This document shows positions 35,774 to 45,310 of a stretch of DNA of 51,973 bases, piece by piece (the stretch's first letter is position 1; each line of letters starts with the position of its first letter). The stretch comes from a virus. Its lineage: Duplodnaviria; Caudoviricetes. Made by a program: the position numbers and the translations under genes. The notes below the pieces were generated by a model. That model did not search any database and was not told the origin of the DNA. It was given only the letters and a program-made list of their open reading frames with translations. The stretch lies in the IMG/VR virus record IMGVR_UViG_3300024256_000012, positions 1-51,973 of that record. One strand, 5' to 3'.

Positions 35774-36065
35774 TCAATCTAATCATGTGGTCATCGAAGT
35801 AATCTTTGAGGTCAATATTCTTCGTGCCTTCTTCGGTCTCTGTTTCCTCTTCCTCTTCATCAGTAGGAAACCATACACCCCATCCAAGGGAAATTGCTTC
35901 AGCATCTACTTTATCAAAGTCGCTCCAGTCGCTTGAAGCGAAGTCTTGTAGAAACTTTTCAGCGTAGTCAATAAGGTAGTCCAAACCCTCCTTGCTAATC
36001 TTGACATCAGCATCGGTGAATAAAGCTTTTAATTGGCGTTGATTGATAATGCGATTTTGTGGCAT
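35661..36065 (-). CDS. Hypothetical protein with candidate N-terminal histone fold, acidic linker and helical C-terminal domain
   Basis: IINQRQLKALFTDADVKISKEGLDYLIDYAEKFLQDFA...KVDAEAISL follows the alpha1-L1-alpha2-L2-alpha3 pattern of prokaryotic histones. AAGGA RBS. The CDS itself is well supported; the fold call is tentative. Confidence 0.5.
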   Translation of the reverse strand: MPQNRIINQRQLKALFTDADVKISKEGLDYLIDYAEKFLQDFASSDWSDFDKVDAEAISLGWGVWFPTDEEEEETETEEGTKNIDLKDYFDDHMIRLIEAFAHTRPDTINWLIKFGKSVDEYISDEAKIVAKTL

Positions 36066-36094
36066 GTTCCTTTTTCCTTTTTCGTTTGTGATGA

Positions 36095-36123
36095 TAAAAA
36101 AGCCCCAGCAATATGCTGAAGCT
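36095..36123 (-). terminator. Terminator-like hairpin upstream of the replication block
   Basis: AGCTTCAGCA-TAT-TGCTGGGGCT followed by TTTTT. Confidence 0.6.
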
Positions 36124-36167
36124 TAAAACTCAATCATCGTATTTGATAAACTTGTAACCCAACCCAT
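36123..36167 (-). CDS. Candidate 14-aa leader peptide
   Basis: AAAGGAG-N7-ATG; MGWVTSLSNTMIEF*; the stop abuts the terminator hairpin. Confidence 0.35.
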   Translation of the reverse strand: MGWVTSLSNTMIEF

Positions 36168-36258
36168 GGCCCAACTCCTTTGTCTTTTATAAAGCTCTAT
36201 ATTTTAATCTGTGGAGTTGTTAGAATTAAAACTATTTTTCTTCACCTCAGTTTTATTT

Positions 36259-38991
36259 TTAATCAACTTCGATAGCATCAATGGTAATTTCAGATCGTTT
36301 AAAATCATAACTCAAATTAATGACTGCCCACTTCTTCGAGTTCATAACTGACTCTGTATACATGCCTTCGATTATAGGATGACGAATATTGATGACATCC
36401 CACTTCTGTAAATGTATAGCGTTGAAGAAAGTTTTGAACTTTGCACGCCAGTGTTTCTTATGAAGTCTATCGAGTAAATGATCAAGGTGAATAGTAGCAG
36501 TTGTTAAATCTCTCGTGTATGGATTCTTGTATGTCTTTGCTATAACTTCAGAGTGGATTGTAACATCTGAATCATTAACATCTTTCTGGAGTCCGAAAGC
36601 TCCATTGTCAACATACTCGACAGTAACATCTGTGACCAGAGTTTCCTTCTGCCCGACCATGCTAAATGAGTTTTGTATGATTGGATTCTCTAGATAACTC
36701 AAATCCCACAATGGATAATCTGAGGTGTCAGTTCCAGCAGCAGTATCAGTATCTGTCTGAAAGCCTATAAAGCGACCAACTTGGCGGCTTGTAGTTGACC
36801 AATCTAAAGAGGTGCCAGCAACAACAGTAACAGTAAACTTTCCTGTGGTGGAAGAGTAGGTGCAAGTTGACCCACCGATTATAACTGATAGGTTGGTTTG
36901 GATCATACTCGCTAGGGCTGATGCTGTATATGTTCCAGCTGTCAAAGTTGTTGATATGGAGCCTGGGCCTGGATGTGTAAAATATAGTTTATCATTCACG
37001 CTAGCTTCAATAACAAAAACTGTATTGGGATTGTAGTCAAATATATCTCTATTGCTGGGCTTGGTATCTCCAGAAGCAGAGAAGCCAACAGGCCCACCAA
37101 ACACCAGCATCCTAGTCAGCCCAGTAGCATCAATATCTGTTAGAGATTTAACAGTTGTTAAGAGTTTTGTCATTGGAGTGAACCATGGCTCTGGACTCCC
37201 ATGAATAGCTAGCGACAATATGGACGTTGATAAATCATTTGAGGCAATATTAAAACTATCCCTCAAGAGGTCAGTATCATCCGAAGGACCAACGCCAGCT
37301 TCGTTGCCCATCCCTAGCTCATCCCTGAATAAACTCTCGACAACGCCAGCAGCATTCTCGATAAGGGTGCCAGAGCCGTTGGAATCAATATGGGCTTCAG
37401 AGTATCCATCCACGACATCTCTATCATCTATCCATGTGTCATATTCTCTTCCTTTGATAGATGAATATAATGGCATATATTCATAGCTAGAAAATACACC
37501 TTTCTTCCATACTTCATAAATGGTCGCAACAGTTTCAGTAGCACCTGCTGATATGTCTCGATAGTGCGCAATAGTTATGCTTTGTTGCATGGCAGCATCA
37601 CCGCCAGCACCGACATTAGCAATGAAGATAGTTTTAATTCCAGCATTAGCATGAGCATTAAGTTCATTGCCATCTACAAGCAGGTGAAGTTGCCCAGCAG
37701 CTAGGCCAGCACCCCTTGTTAAACTAAACTTAATATACAACCCAACAGTGCCGATAGTTCTGTCATTTGTGTAGGTCGCATCGAAGTCTAAATCAACTCT
37801 AGCTTGAACAAGGGCTGACCAACCTGCACCGATAGTACTCACAGCAGGAGTAGCAGCGTCAGAGTCAACAGCATAAGTATCGTTTGTCCAAGTCGCAGCA
37901 CCGACATCTGCGTTGTTAGAAGTAGTCCCATCACCAAGTAAAATATCTCTGTAAGATCGGTTACTGTTAGCTTGATAACTAAACGTAGCACCATCAGTAT
38001 TATTATTTGTCATAGCTACTGGCGTGGATGTATTCTCGACAAATCTTCCAAGCGTTGAATCCCACGCCCAAACTAAGTCTGTAGTATTCAGAGTTGTTAA
38101 AACTTCGTGACCTGCCATCATCCACTTTTCCTGATTGGCTGAGTTCACCCCAAGCAGAATCATAGGCACCATATTATTATCTTTGTCACAAGTCATTGCG
38201 TCAGTCGTGCCAGTCGCAGCTCCATATAAGTTTCGGTGGTCGCCATAAATGATCGGCTTAATTTGTCCCAGAGCTTCGTCAGGAAGAGTAGCACCATCAG
38301 CCCCATCACTTCCCTCAAGGAGAGTACCAATTTGTTTATCGAGAAGTTGATTGGAGTCGGTTACATTAAACTGCATTGACTTATAGTTTAATGAAGGAGT
38401 GTCTTTGACAAGTCCTGAATAGAGTTGTAAACGCTCTGACAAGTTAATTGTAAGACCATCGTCAAAGTATTCAAATATATTAACTTCCATAAGAGCCATG
38501 TCTGGGTAAGTCGCTAGAACATCTGAAAATAATTCATTGTTCATAACTCCAAAACCTAAGTCTTGAGTTGGTGAGAATCCACCCAGCTCTTTGGCATATT
38601 GTTTTACTTTCGGTGGAAGAGATAAAATGCCCTGATAAGGTCGGTCAATCTCCCAGACTTGTCCAGACCCATTAACAAAAGTCGCACTGGCGCAATTCAC
38701 CCTTGTAGGTGAAGCGATAGCAGTTATGGGATATACACCAGCATTTGCTCCGCCAGTTATAGTTAAAACATCACCGATTAAAACTTGAGTTGTATCCATA
38801 GTAGCAGACTCGAAGCGTGTTGGCTTCGCTACATCGGTGTCTCCATCAGCTTCAGCATCAATGCGAACATCGAAGGAACTATTGGCTGAGAAGTTTTGTC
38901 CAATGCCTGCTATCTCAATTCCCATCCGTGGAAAATATCCTTTGAGATTGCTTTGTTTTAAAATGTGGGCATCTATTGAGGGCAAAGACAT
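36259..38991 (-). CDS. Tail tip/baseplate hub-like protein
   Basis: 910 aa after TMP and a Dit-like gene. GQIKPIIYGD, IENAAGVVESLFRDELG and HLQKWDVINIRHP resemble hub/central tail proteins. Confidence 0.75.
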   Translation of the reverse strand: MSLPSIDAHILKQSNLKGYFPRMGIEIAGIGQNFSANSSFDVRIDAEADGDTDVAKPTRFESATMDTTQVLIGDVLTITGGANAGVYPITAIASPTRVNCASATFVNGSGQVWEIDRPYQGILSLPPKVKQYAKELGGFSPTQDLGFGVMNNELFSDVLATYPDMALMEVNIFEYFDDGLTINLSERLQLYSGLVKDTPSLNYKSMQFNVTDSNQLLDKQIGTLLEGSDGADGATLPDEALGQIKPIIYGDHRNLYGAATGTTDAMTCDKDNNMVPMILLGVNSANQEKWMMAGHEVLTTLNTTDLVWAWDSTLGRFVENTSTPVAMTNNNTDGATFSYQANSNRSYRDILLGDGTTSNNADVGAATWTNDTYAVDSDAATPAVSTIGAGWSALVQARVDLDFDATYTNDRTIGTVGLYIKFSLTRGAGLAAGQLHLLVDGNELNAHANAGIKTIFIANVGAGGDAAMQQSITIAHYRDISAGATETVATIYEVWKKGVFSSYEYMPLYSSIKGREYDTWIDDRDVVDGYSEAHIDSNGSGTLIENAAGVVESLFRDELGMGNEAGVGPSDDTDLLRDSFNIASNDLSTSILSLAIHGSPEPWFTPMTKLLTTVKSLTDIDATGLTRMLVFGGPVGFSASGDTKPSNRDIFDYNPNTVFVIEASVNDKLYFTHPGPGSISTTLTAGTYTASALASMIQTNLSVIIGGSTCTYSSTTGKFTVTVVAGTSLDWSTTSRQVGRFIGFQTDTDTAAGTDTSDYPLWDLSYLENPIIQNSFSMVGQKETLVTDVTVEYVDNGAFGLQKDVNDSDVTIHSEVIAKTYKNPYTRDLTTATIHLDHLLDRLHKKHWRAKFKTFFNAIHLQKWDVINIRHPIIEGMYTESVMNSKKWAVINLSYDFKRSEITIDAIEVD

Positions 38992-39371
38992 TAGGTCAAT
39001 TCCTTTCGCAATACGAATTTAAGATTGTACAAAACTCCTTTTGATAAAGGAAAGTCCAGAACATCGGACCACAATCTGACAGATACAGCGACAGCATCCT
39101 CATCAGTAAAAGTGAATGCAAATTCTTTATAATTTACAGGAGTGTTAGCAAACCATGCAAGCAACTCATCTCGCTTCGCTGCAGTTATCCTATTCACCAC
39201 GATATTGTAAAACTGTTCGACATCTCCAAGCGTAGTAATTTTGACCTGACCACCGCCAGCTTTCCCGACTAGCTGTTGAGGCTTAATCGGTTCACTAGAG
39301 GGCAAGAAGCGACCTTTGGAAAAGGTATACACGTTTGAATTCTTATCTGTAAAAAATGGAAGTGCCATCAA
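38991..39371 (-). CDS. Distal tail (Dit)-like minor tail protein
   Basis: 126 aa immediately after TMP; FTFTDED motif and beta-rich end. Confidence 0.6.
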   Translation of the reverse strand: MMALPFFTDKNSNVYTFSKGRFLPSSEPIKPQQLVGKAGGGQVKITTLGDVEQFYNIVVNRITAAKRDELLAWFANTPVNYKEFAFTFTDEDAVAVSVRLWSDVLDFPLSKGVLYNLKFVLRKELT

Positions 39372-39380
39372 TCATTCTCC

Positions 39381-41627
39381 TTATTGATTCCCAATCTGAA
39401 TATGTCCAGCCTGAACCAGCTCCATAAAACCTTCTGAAAACTCTTCTTTGTTTTCTACAATCATTCGATAAACTGATTCACCATCAGTAGCATAAATGTT
39501 AATTATCATTTGTCCGCCAGAAGCTCCACCCCCACCACTAGCGATTTGATTGAGTCTTAAAATCTCATCACCAAATTGATCACTAGCATCCTTTGTGCTG
39601 ACTATTTCACCAGGTGTTAACAACGCTGGAACAGTATCGCTTTCTGGCGCAACTCCTCCAAATGCATAAGGCTTAACACCGCCACCAAATTGATAAGGCT
39701 GGGCAGCTATCGTAGCAATCTGAGCAGCCCCAGTAGCCAAAGCGATAGCACCAGCAGCGATACCTAGAGGCACGAAAGGTTTTGTTTGTAAAGCCGATAT
39801 CACCATGAGAGCAGCTTCACCGATAGCAGCAGCGAGTCGAATGCCTTTTAATTCCTTGGCAGCTTTCTTCTCAGCAAGCAGGGCATCATCTTTCAAGTTT
39901 TGTATTTCAGCAGCTTTCTCCTCTTCGCTTTTTGTCGAATCTAAAACTGCAGCAATGTCGGCATCTAGCTCTTTTTTGATTTGAGCTTTGCGAAGATTCA
40001 GGAGAGAGTTATACAACCCACCAACCATCGCAACTACTCTTTGCGTGCCTGATATAATGTCTCTATTTTTCTTTGCCCATTGCTCGATCATATTATCAAC
40101 TTGCAACTCTTCCCACTCGAACATAGGTTCAAATGCATCAATATAACTCTGAGCGATTCTTTGATTGGATTCAGTGATAGCAGTTTCGATCTCACCCTGC
40201 TTTTCAATAACGGCAACTCCAGTCGCTTCGGCAGCTTCCTGCGAAGCTTCTCCAGCAGCAGCTTGCTCTTCTCGAAGTTTATCAACCGATGCTTTTGTAA
40301 AACCTAGCAAGGCTTGTAAAGCTACCTGCATAGATGTTTGCCTTTGCTCAATGTAAGCATCCCAATCTTTGTTCATAGTTTCGAGTTCAGATTTGCTAGC
40401 CCCTGATAAAAGTCTAAAGAAGAAACCACTGTCTTTGACCATCTCATTTATCATCTTTGAAAACTTGCCTCTGATCTGGCCTACCCAGCTATCAACTATG
40501 ATGCCGACAAGCCCCATAATGAGTTCCCAATTTGCAGCGAACTCCTGTGCGATATTGGCCCAACCAACCTCCCCTATGCCACCCAGCACTTCATTAGCCT
40601 TATCGACCAAAGGAGTTAGTTTTTCAATAAGAAAATCACCAAGCTCGATTAAACCAATCTGGACATTAGCTTTGAATTTGTCAATCTTTGTATTCCACTC
40701 TTTATTAAGTTTGTCAAAAGCTTTGGTTGAAGCTCCAGCCCTCTTGCCCATCTCTTCGATAGCATCAGCGAGTCGGTCTGTATTATTGGCCATTGTTAAA
40801 ACTGCTTTCAAACTTCTCACATTAGGAATAAACTGAGTCACTAGCTCTGGGTCCATCCCAGCAAATTGTTCCATAGTTGATACGAGATCAAGCGCACCAT
40901 CGTCAAATCTTTTAATCTCGATTCCATGAGCCTTCATCGCAGCCGCAGCATCGTCTGTAGGTTTTATGAAATCCTTTAACATAGCATTGATCGCAGTAGT
41001 CGCTTCAGCAGTATTAATACCATTGGCAGTCACGACAGCTAGAGCAGCACTAACATCCTCAAGAGCTATGTTAACAGACTTGGCCATCGGCAACATCATA
41101 CCCATCGAAGCAGACAATTCAGTCATCGTTGTTTTACCAAGCTTAACAGTAGTGAATAGAATGTCGGAAACGTCCGCAGCTTTATCAGCAGAGAAGCCAT
41201 AAGCATTCAAGGCAGTAGTGAGCAAATCAGCAGCACTCGCAGCCGTAGTAACACCACCCACCGCTAGCTTCGCAGCTTCGTTTAAAACCATAGCCGAAGA
41301 AGCAGCATCATTGAACCCAGCCGACACGATATCATAACGAGCTTTTGTCAAACTCTTTAGAGCTAGACCAGTCTGGGAATGAATGTTTTTTAATTCCTTC
41401 CCCATCCTCTTCATCGAGTCATCGGTGACATCATCCATCAAGGTTGATATTTCAGCGAGTCCTTTGGAGAAGTCTCCAGCGAGTTTTACACTGATGCCTC
41501 CAATAGCGATACCAGCGACAGCTCCCATCTTGAGAAACTTTTTGCCAACATCCGCTACACCTTTGCCAAATCCTCTTAACTTGCCTGAAGCTTTATCATT
41601 CAGGAACATATCGACTTTGAGTGGCAT
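39381..41627 (-). CDS. Tail tape measure protein (TP901-type core)
   Basis: Ala-rich helical sequence; AADVSDILFTTVKLGKTTMTELS; C-terminal SDTVPALLTPGEIV. Confidence 0.93.
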   Translation of the reverse strand: MPLKVDMFLNDKASGKLRGFGKGVADVGKKFLKMGAVAGIAIGGISVKLAGDFSKGLAEISTLMDDVTDDSMKRMGKELKNIHSQTGLALKSLTKARYDIVSAGFNDAASSAMVLNEAAKLAVGGVTTAASAADLLTTALNAYGFSADKAADVSDILFTTVKLGKTTMTELSASMGMMLPMAKSVNIALEDVSAALAVVTANGINTAEATTAINAMLKDFIKPTDDAAAAMKAHGIEIKRFDDGALDLVSTMEQFAGMDPELVTQFIPNVRSLKAVLTMANNTDRLADAIEEMGKRAGASTKAFDKLNKEWNTKIDKFKANVQIGLIELGDFLIEKLTPLVDKANEVLGGIGEVGWANIAQEFAANWELIMGLVGIIVDSWVGQIRGKFSKMINEMVKDSGFFFRLLSGASKSELETMNKDWDAYIEQRQTSMQVALQALLGFTKASVDKLREEQAAAGEASQEAAEATGVAVIEKQGEIETAITESNQRIAQSYIDAFEPMFEWEELQVDNMIEQWAKKNRDIISGTQRVVAMVGGLYNSLLNLRKAQIKKELDADIAAVLDSTKSEEEKAAEIQNLKDDALLAEKKAAKELKGIRLAAAIGEAALMVISALQTKPFVPLGIAAGAIALATGAAQIATIAAQPYQFGGGVKPYAFGGVAPESDTVPALLTPGEIVSTKDASDQFGDEILRLNQIASGGGGASGGQMIINIYATDGESVYRMIVENKEEFSEGFMELVQAGHIQIGNQ

Positions 41628-41637
41628 GATCTTATCC

Positions 41638-42084
41638 TTAACTTGTTATGGCACCAAGCTTATGCTGGTGTATGATTTGAAGGCTTGATAAAAGTGAATC
41701 GAAGTCGTCAATTGTTAACTCTGTGGGGCCAAAATATTCTAAGACAAATGGCATAGCTTCCATCGTTGGATAATAAGCTTGCATCTGCTTCTTATCTTTA
41801 ACAAAAGTATATTTCTGTAGTGGACTCAAACTCACAATCCTTTCATATAACTCGAATGCTAAATGATTGGCTTTGTTAAGAGCTGGAGGATCATGTCTAA
41901 CATTTCCATCAACATCGCTCCAGCTTGGAATCACTTCACATTCCTTGCCATCAGTTTTATCACATCTTGGCGAACTTACTTTTTTGCCCTTCGATCTTTT
42001 ACTATGCCGAGCACGACAACCAAAACAGTGACCATATGATTGTCCCCAGAGACTTAAAGCCCTGACATAGTTCAGGAGTTTTTT
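41638..42084 (-). CDS. Tail assembly chaperone, -1 frameshift extension (gpGT-like)
   Basis: The -1 frame is open from the slippery site (KKLLNYVRALSLWGQSYGHCFGCRAR...CDKTDGKECEVIPSW) into the 41638..41934 ORF. Confidence 0.75.
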   Translation of the reverse strand, partial: KKLLNYVRALSLWGQSYGHCFGCRARHSKRSKGKKVSSPRCDKTDGKECEVIPSWSDVDGNVRHDPPALNKANHLAFELYERIVSLSPLQKYTFVKDKKQMQAYYPTMEAMPFVLEYFGPTELTIDDFDSLLSSLQIIHQHKLGAITS

Positions 42085-42485
42085 GAGTCTGGCTCCTCTT
42101 GGTTATCTTCATCGAGTACAGACGCAGGTTGCTCACTGTCTACTTCTCCTGAAATCTTTTTCTTAAACTCAATGATGCCTTCGAGCGAAGGAAAAACAAC
42201 TTTGTCAACAAACTCAAATATCGCTTTTTCAGGAAGAGAATCAACTGATAAAACTTTATCAAACGCAATAGGATTGTCTTGCTGATCCACGACATTCTCC
42301 CAATCATAAATCATCGACTTCATAATTTGCGCAGCTAACACAAATGGGTCTTCAATCATCCCATTAATTACATGGGCCATGACGAGTCGTTGGCGATTTA
42401 CAAAAGGCAGATCGTGATAGAGGAGAGCCCAGTCATCGTGCTCGAATCTATTTTGTATTTTGACGTTTGTTACTTTGAGTGGCAT
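42072..42485 (-). CDS. Tail assembly chaperone (gpG-like), start Met 42485
   Basis: IYDWENVVDQQDNPIAFD motif; position between tail tube and TMP. Confidence 0.8.
   Translation of the reverse strand: MPLKVTNVKIQNRFEHDDWALLYHDLPFVNRQRLVMAHVINGMIEDPFVLAAQIMKSMIYDWENVVDQQDNPIAFDKVLSVDSLPEKAIFEFVDKVVFPSLEGIIEFKKKISGEVDSEQPASVLDEDNQEEPDSKNS
42078..42084 (-). promoter_or_regulatory. Programmed -1 ribosomal frameshift site A AAA AAC
   Basis: X XXY YYZ heptamer ending one sense codon before the chaperone stop, directly upstream of TMP. Confidence 0.8.
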
Positions 42486-42723
42486 GTTTGGTTCCTGCTT
42501 TCTTCGGTTTGGTTTTCTTAGCCTTTGAAGTTGCCTTCGGTGCAACCTTCTCTGGCTTTTTATTTATGACTTTCCCATCCCTAGATTTCACTGGCGTTTC
42601 GGGTGGAATAGTTTTAATAATTTCGAGCTCAGCATCTGTTGAATATCTCCAGCCATCATGCCAAGTTAAATGTTTGAACCTAAAACCTTTTGGAGCATAT
42701 GTTTTAACAAATCCTGTTTTCAT
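42448..42723 (-). CDS. Small protein with K/A/P-rich C-terminal tail
   Basis: AGGAG RBS precedes MKTGF at 42723; tail KKPEKVAPKATSKAKKTKPKK. Confidence 0.55.
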   Translation of the reverse strand: MKTGFVKTYAPKGFRFKHLTWHDGWRYSTDAELEIIKTIPPETPVKSRDGKVINKKPEKVAPKATSKAKKTKPKKAGTKHATQSNKRQNTK

Positions 42724-42724
42724 T

Positions 42725-44188
42725 TTAATACTCCTGATTCTGATCAAGTAATAAGTTGAATGGGTTCTGGTTAGTTGTCGTGATTACGATCTCACTTTTG
42801 GGAGTCGTATTCAGCGTTGGGAAACTCGCTGGTTGACCTGCTGGAACAAAACATTTGAAGTCAATCGTTTGAGTTATAACTCCAGCACTCGCTACAGGCA
42901 TCCCGACTTTTGTTAACTTAAAACTATTCAACCACAGAGTTAAGTTGCGAGCAGCAGCAGATAAAAGCGAACCACTAAAACTAATCTCAGCCATCAACAT
43001 CGTCTCATTATCACGGGCATCGATAAAAGTGTCAGCATCATATCTTGGAAGGGTAAATGAACCACCGATCTCACGCATGCCTCCACGAGCTGGCTCAACT
43101 CGATACAGTCCAGCGATAGCATCTTGATCATCAGTTTGGAGATTATTATTCAAGGTCAACTCGAAGCCAGACACCGCTCGATTATCTGCTGATGTTAAAG
43201 CTGTCCCAGTGCTATAAGCGTCCACCCGAATATAATCAATATCACTGTAAACAATTCGCTCATTCTCTTCAAATAATTCTGAGGAGTTATCCCAATCCCA
43301 ACTAGAGCTAGCTGTATTGGTTGAAGAAGCTCTATCAAGGTCGAATGGAGCCATGTCAAAACTAAAGTTTACACCAGTCCCAGCTTGGGCAGACATACTC
43401 ATTGAATTGATCATAACCGATCTGAACACCCACGGCTTGCTTTGATTCTTTTCGATACCTAAAGTGCCACGATGAACGAGCTGATCACCACTAGCATAAA
43501 TACCACCAGTTGGGAAGGAGGAGTACACCACATCCCAATCATTCTGAGATATTTCATTTATACATTCAAATGTATGGGTAAATTCTAGCGCACCAAGCTC
43601 AGCTGTATCTAGAGCGACAGGTGTAACATCCCAGTTAGGAGTTATGTTTGCTATTGACCCAGTACCACCTGGGATGTCCGTTATCCTTCGGACTTGTCCT
43701 TGCCTAGCGTTGTTGGTCATACGAATAAATTTTCCAACACTAGCACTAGTGAATACGACAGCCCCATCAACGAAGTTAGAGGCAGTTTGCCCAGTGGCTG
43801 GATTAGCAACTGTTAGAGCCGTTGCTGAGTCATATGTTGGGCTATCTGTGGCCAAAGGTTTTTCAAAGCCTAGAGCACATGCTAGCAGAGCGTCAAGGCC
43901 ATCATAGAAAGCATTCACCTCAAGAGAACCATTGGGCAAAATTCCTACCAAATCACTACCAGCGGCACCAGCCTGACCAATAAGCGTTTCGTCACTCTCG
44001 AAGTTATGCGTGTCAATCAATCCTTCAGATACAAAAGGAACTCTATCAGAGCCACCCAGTGCAACTTCTTCTCCATCCGCTAGCGTTGGAGTTGTAGGAT
44101 ATAATGTTGCTGCTAATCCTGTTCCTGATATCCCAGCACCTTCGACTCTAAAACCTGCGACACCTTTTATTCCTAATCCTGTTCCCAT
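42725..44188 (-). CDS. Tail tube protein paralog 2, with inserted domain
   Basis: MGTGLGIKG start; GFELTLNNNL and REIGGSFTLPRY motifs; homologous to 44216..45298. Confidence 0.75.
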   Translation of the reverse strand: MGTGLGIKGVAGFRVEGAGISGTGLAATLYPTTPTLADGEEVALGGSDRVPFVSEGLIDTHNFESDETLIGQAGAAGSDLVGILPNGSLEVNAFYDGLDALLACALGFEKPLATDSPTYDSATALTVANPATGQTASNFVDGAVVFTSASVGKFIRMTNNARQGQVRRITDIPGGTGSIANITPNWDVTPVALDTAELGALEFTHTFECINEISQNDWDVVYSSFPTGGIYASGDQLVHRGTLGIEKNQSKPWVFRSVMINSMSMSAQAGTGVNFSFDMAPFDLDRASSTNTASSSWDWDNSSELFEENERIVYSDIDYIRVDAYSTGTALTSADNRAVSGFELTLNNNLQTDDQDAIAGLYRVEPARGGMREIGGSFTLPRYDADTFIDARDNETMLMAEISFSGSLLSAAARNLTLWLNSFKLTKVGMPVASAGVITQTIDFKCFVPAGQPASFPTLNTTPKSEIVITTTNQNPFNLLLDQNQEY

Positions 44189-44215
44189 GTTAAAACTCCT
44201 TATTGATAAAACTCT

Positions 44216-45298
44216 TTAGAATATCGCAGCTGTTCTCTCGTTGCTAAGTTCAATCCATAACTCGCCAGCGTCACTAGAAACGCCATCTTGGAAAAACATA
44301 AAGCCGTGATCATTATACATAAAAGCTTTCACAGTTATAGTTTGTCCGATAGCTTCTTGCCCAGCAACTGGTTCGCTTGCTGTTAAAACTTTACAGTTGG
44401 GAATATATATCCAGATGGTATTTGTTCCATCAGTTATAGTAAACTCAGCCTGAAGTTTTGTTTCGTTATCTCTCCAATTGAGAAATGTATCATCCTCATA
44501 TCGTGGTACAGTTAACTCCAGCATGACTTCCCTGAAGCCGTTGCGAACTGGCTTAATTGGAATCAAAGGATCAGAGTGAACTTGACCACCAGCGTAGTTT
44601 AAATCACCAGGTGTAGCTTGCTGGGATTCTGTCAAGTTATTGTTAACTGTAATCGAGAACTGGCTGATGGCTCTATTGTCCGTTGTAGCGTGTAGAGCGT
44701 TGACCTGATCTGCGATCTTGAAAGTTATATCAGAGAAGTTAGCCAAAGAAGGAATATCATCATCAAGGGCTTGAAGCTCTGTGGGTGTATTTTCTGATCC
44801 TGTTATAACTTGAGTCAGTGATTGAGTCTCGAAAGCTAAACTGAGATTTTCACCAGCAGCACTTGAGATTGTAAACTGATTTATGAATGCGCATTCGCAC
44901 TCCCAAGTTGACGTTGTACTTTTGCCTTTGTCAACGGCTAATGTTAAGAAAACATTCAGCTCATCTTGGAAAGTTATTTCATTATTAGTCTCGCCAGCGT
45001 TCCACGTCACAGTACCCATAGCAGCAGCAATCAGAAGATCACTTCCAATAAAATCTCCACCAGCACCCTTCTCAGTATAAGGGAAAGGAGTTTCAATTGG
45101 CCCAACTACAGGCTCGAAAACAATCTGGCTGTCTCGCTTTCCAGCACCACCATAAAGATACTCGTGATCAATATGTGCTATCTCTTTGTGCAAATCTTCG
45201 CTGTTAAATAAAACTTTGTCTGTGGCATTTACAGCAGTCTGTTCATTGGTTTGCTTAGCAGCACCCAATATACCTTTTATGCCTAGTCCTGTTGCCAT
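44216..45298 (-). CDS. Tail tube protein paralog 1
   Basis: MATGLGIKG start; QFSITVNNNL and REVMLELTVPRY motifs; follows the tail terminator gene. Confidence 0.8.
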   Translation of the reverse strand: MATGLGIKGILGAAKQTNEQTAVNATDKVLFNSEDLHKEIAHIDHEYLYGGAGKRDSQIVFEPVVGPIETPFPYTEKGAGGDFIGSDLLIAAAMGTVTWNAGETNNEITFQDELNVFLTLAVDKGKSTTSTWECECAFINQFTISSAAGENLSLAFETQSLTQVITGSENTPTELQALDDDIPSLANFSDITFKIADQVNALHATTDNRAISQFSITVNNNLTESQQATPGDLNYAGGQVHSDPLIPIKPVRNGFREVMLELTVPRYEDDTFLNWRDNETKLQAEFTITDGTNTIWIYIPNCKVLTASEPVAGQEAIGQTITVKAFMYNDHGFMFFQDGVSSDAGELWIELSNERTAAIF

Positions 45299-45310
45299 GT
45301 TAAAACTCCT

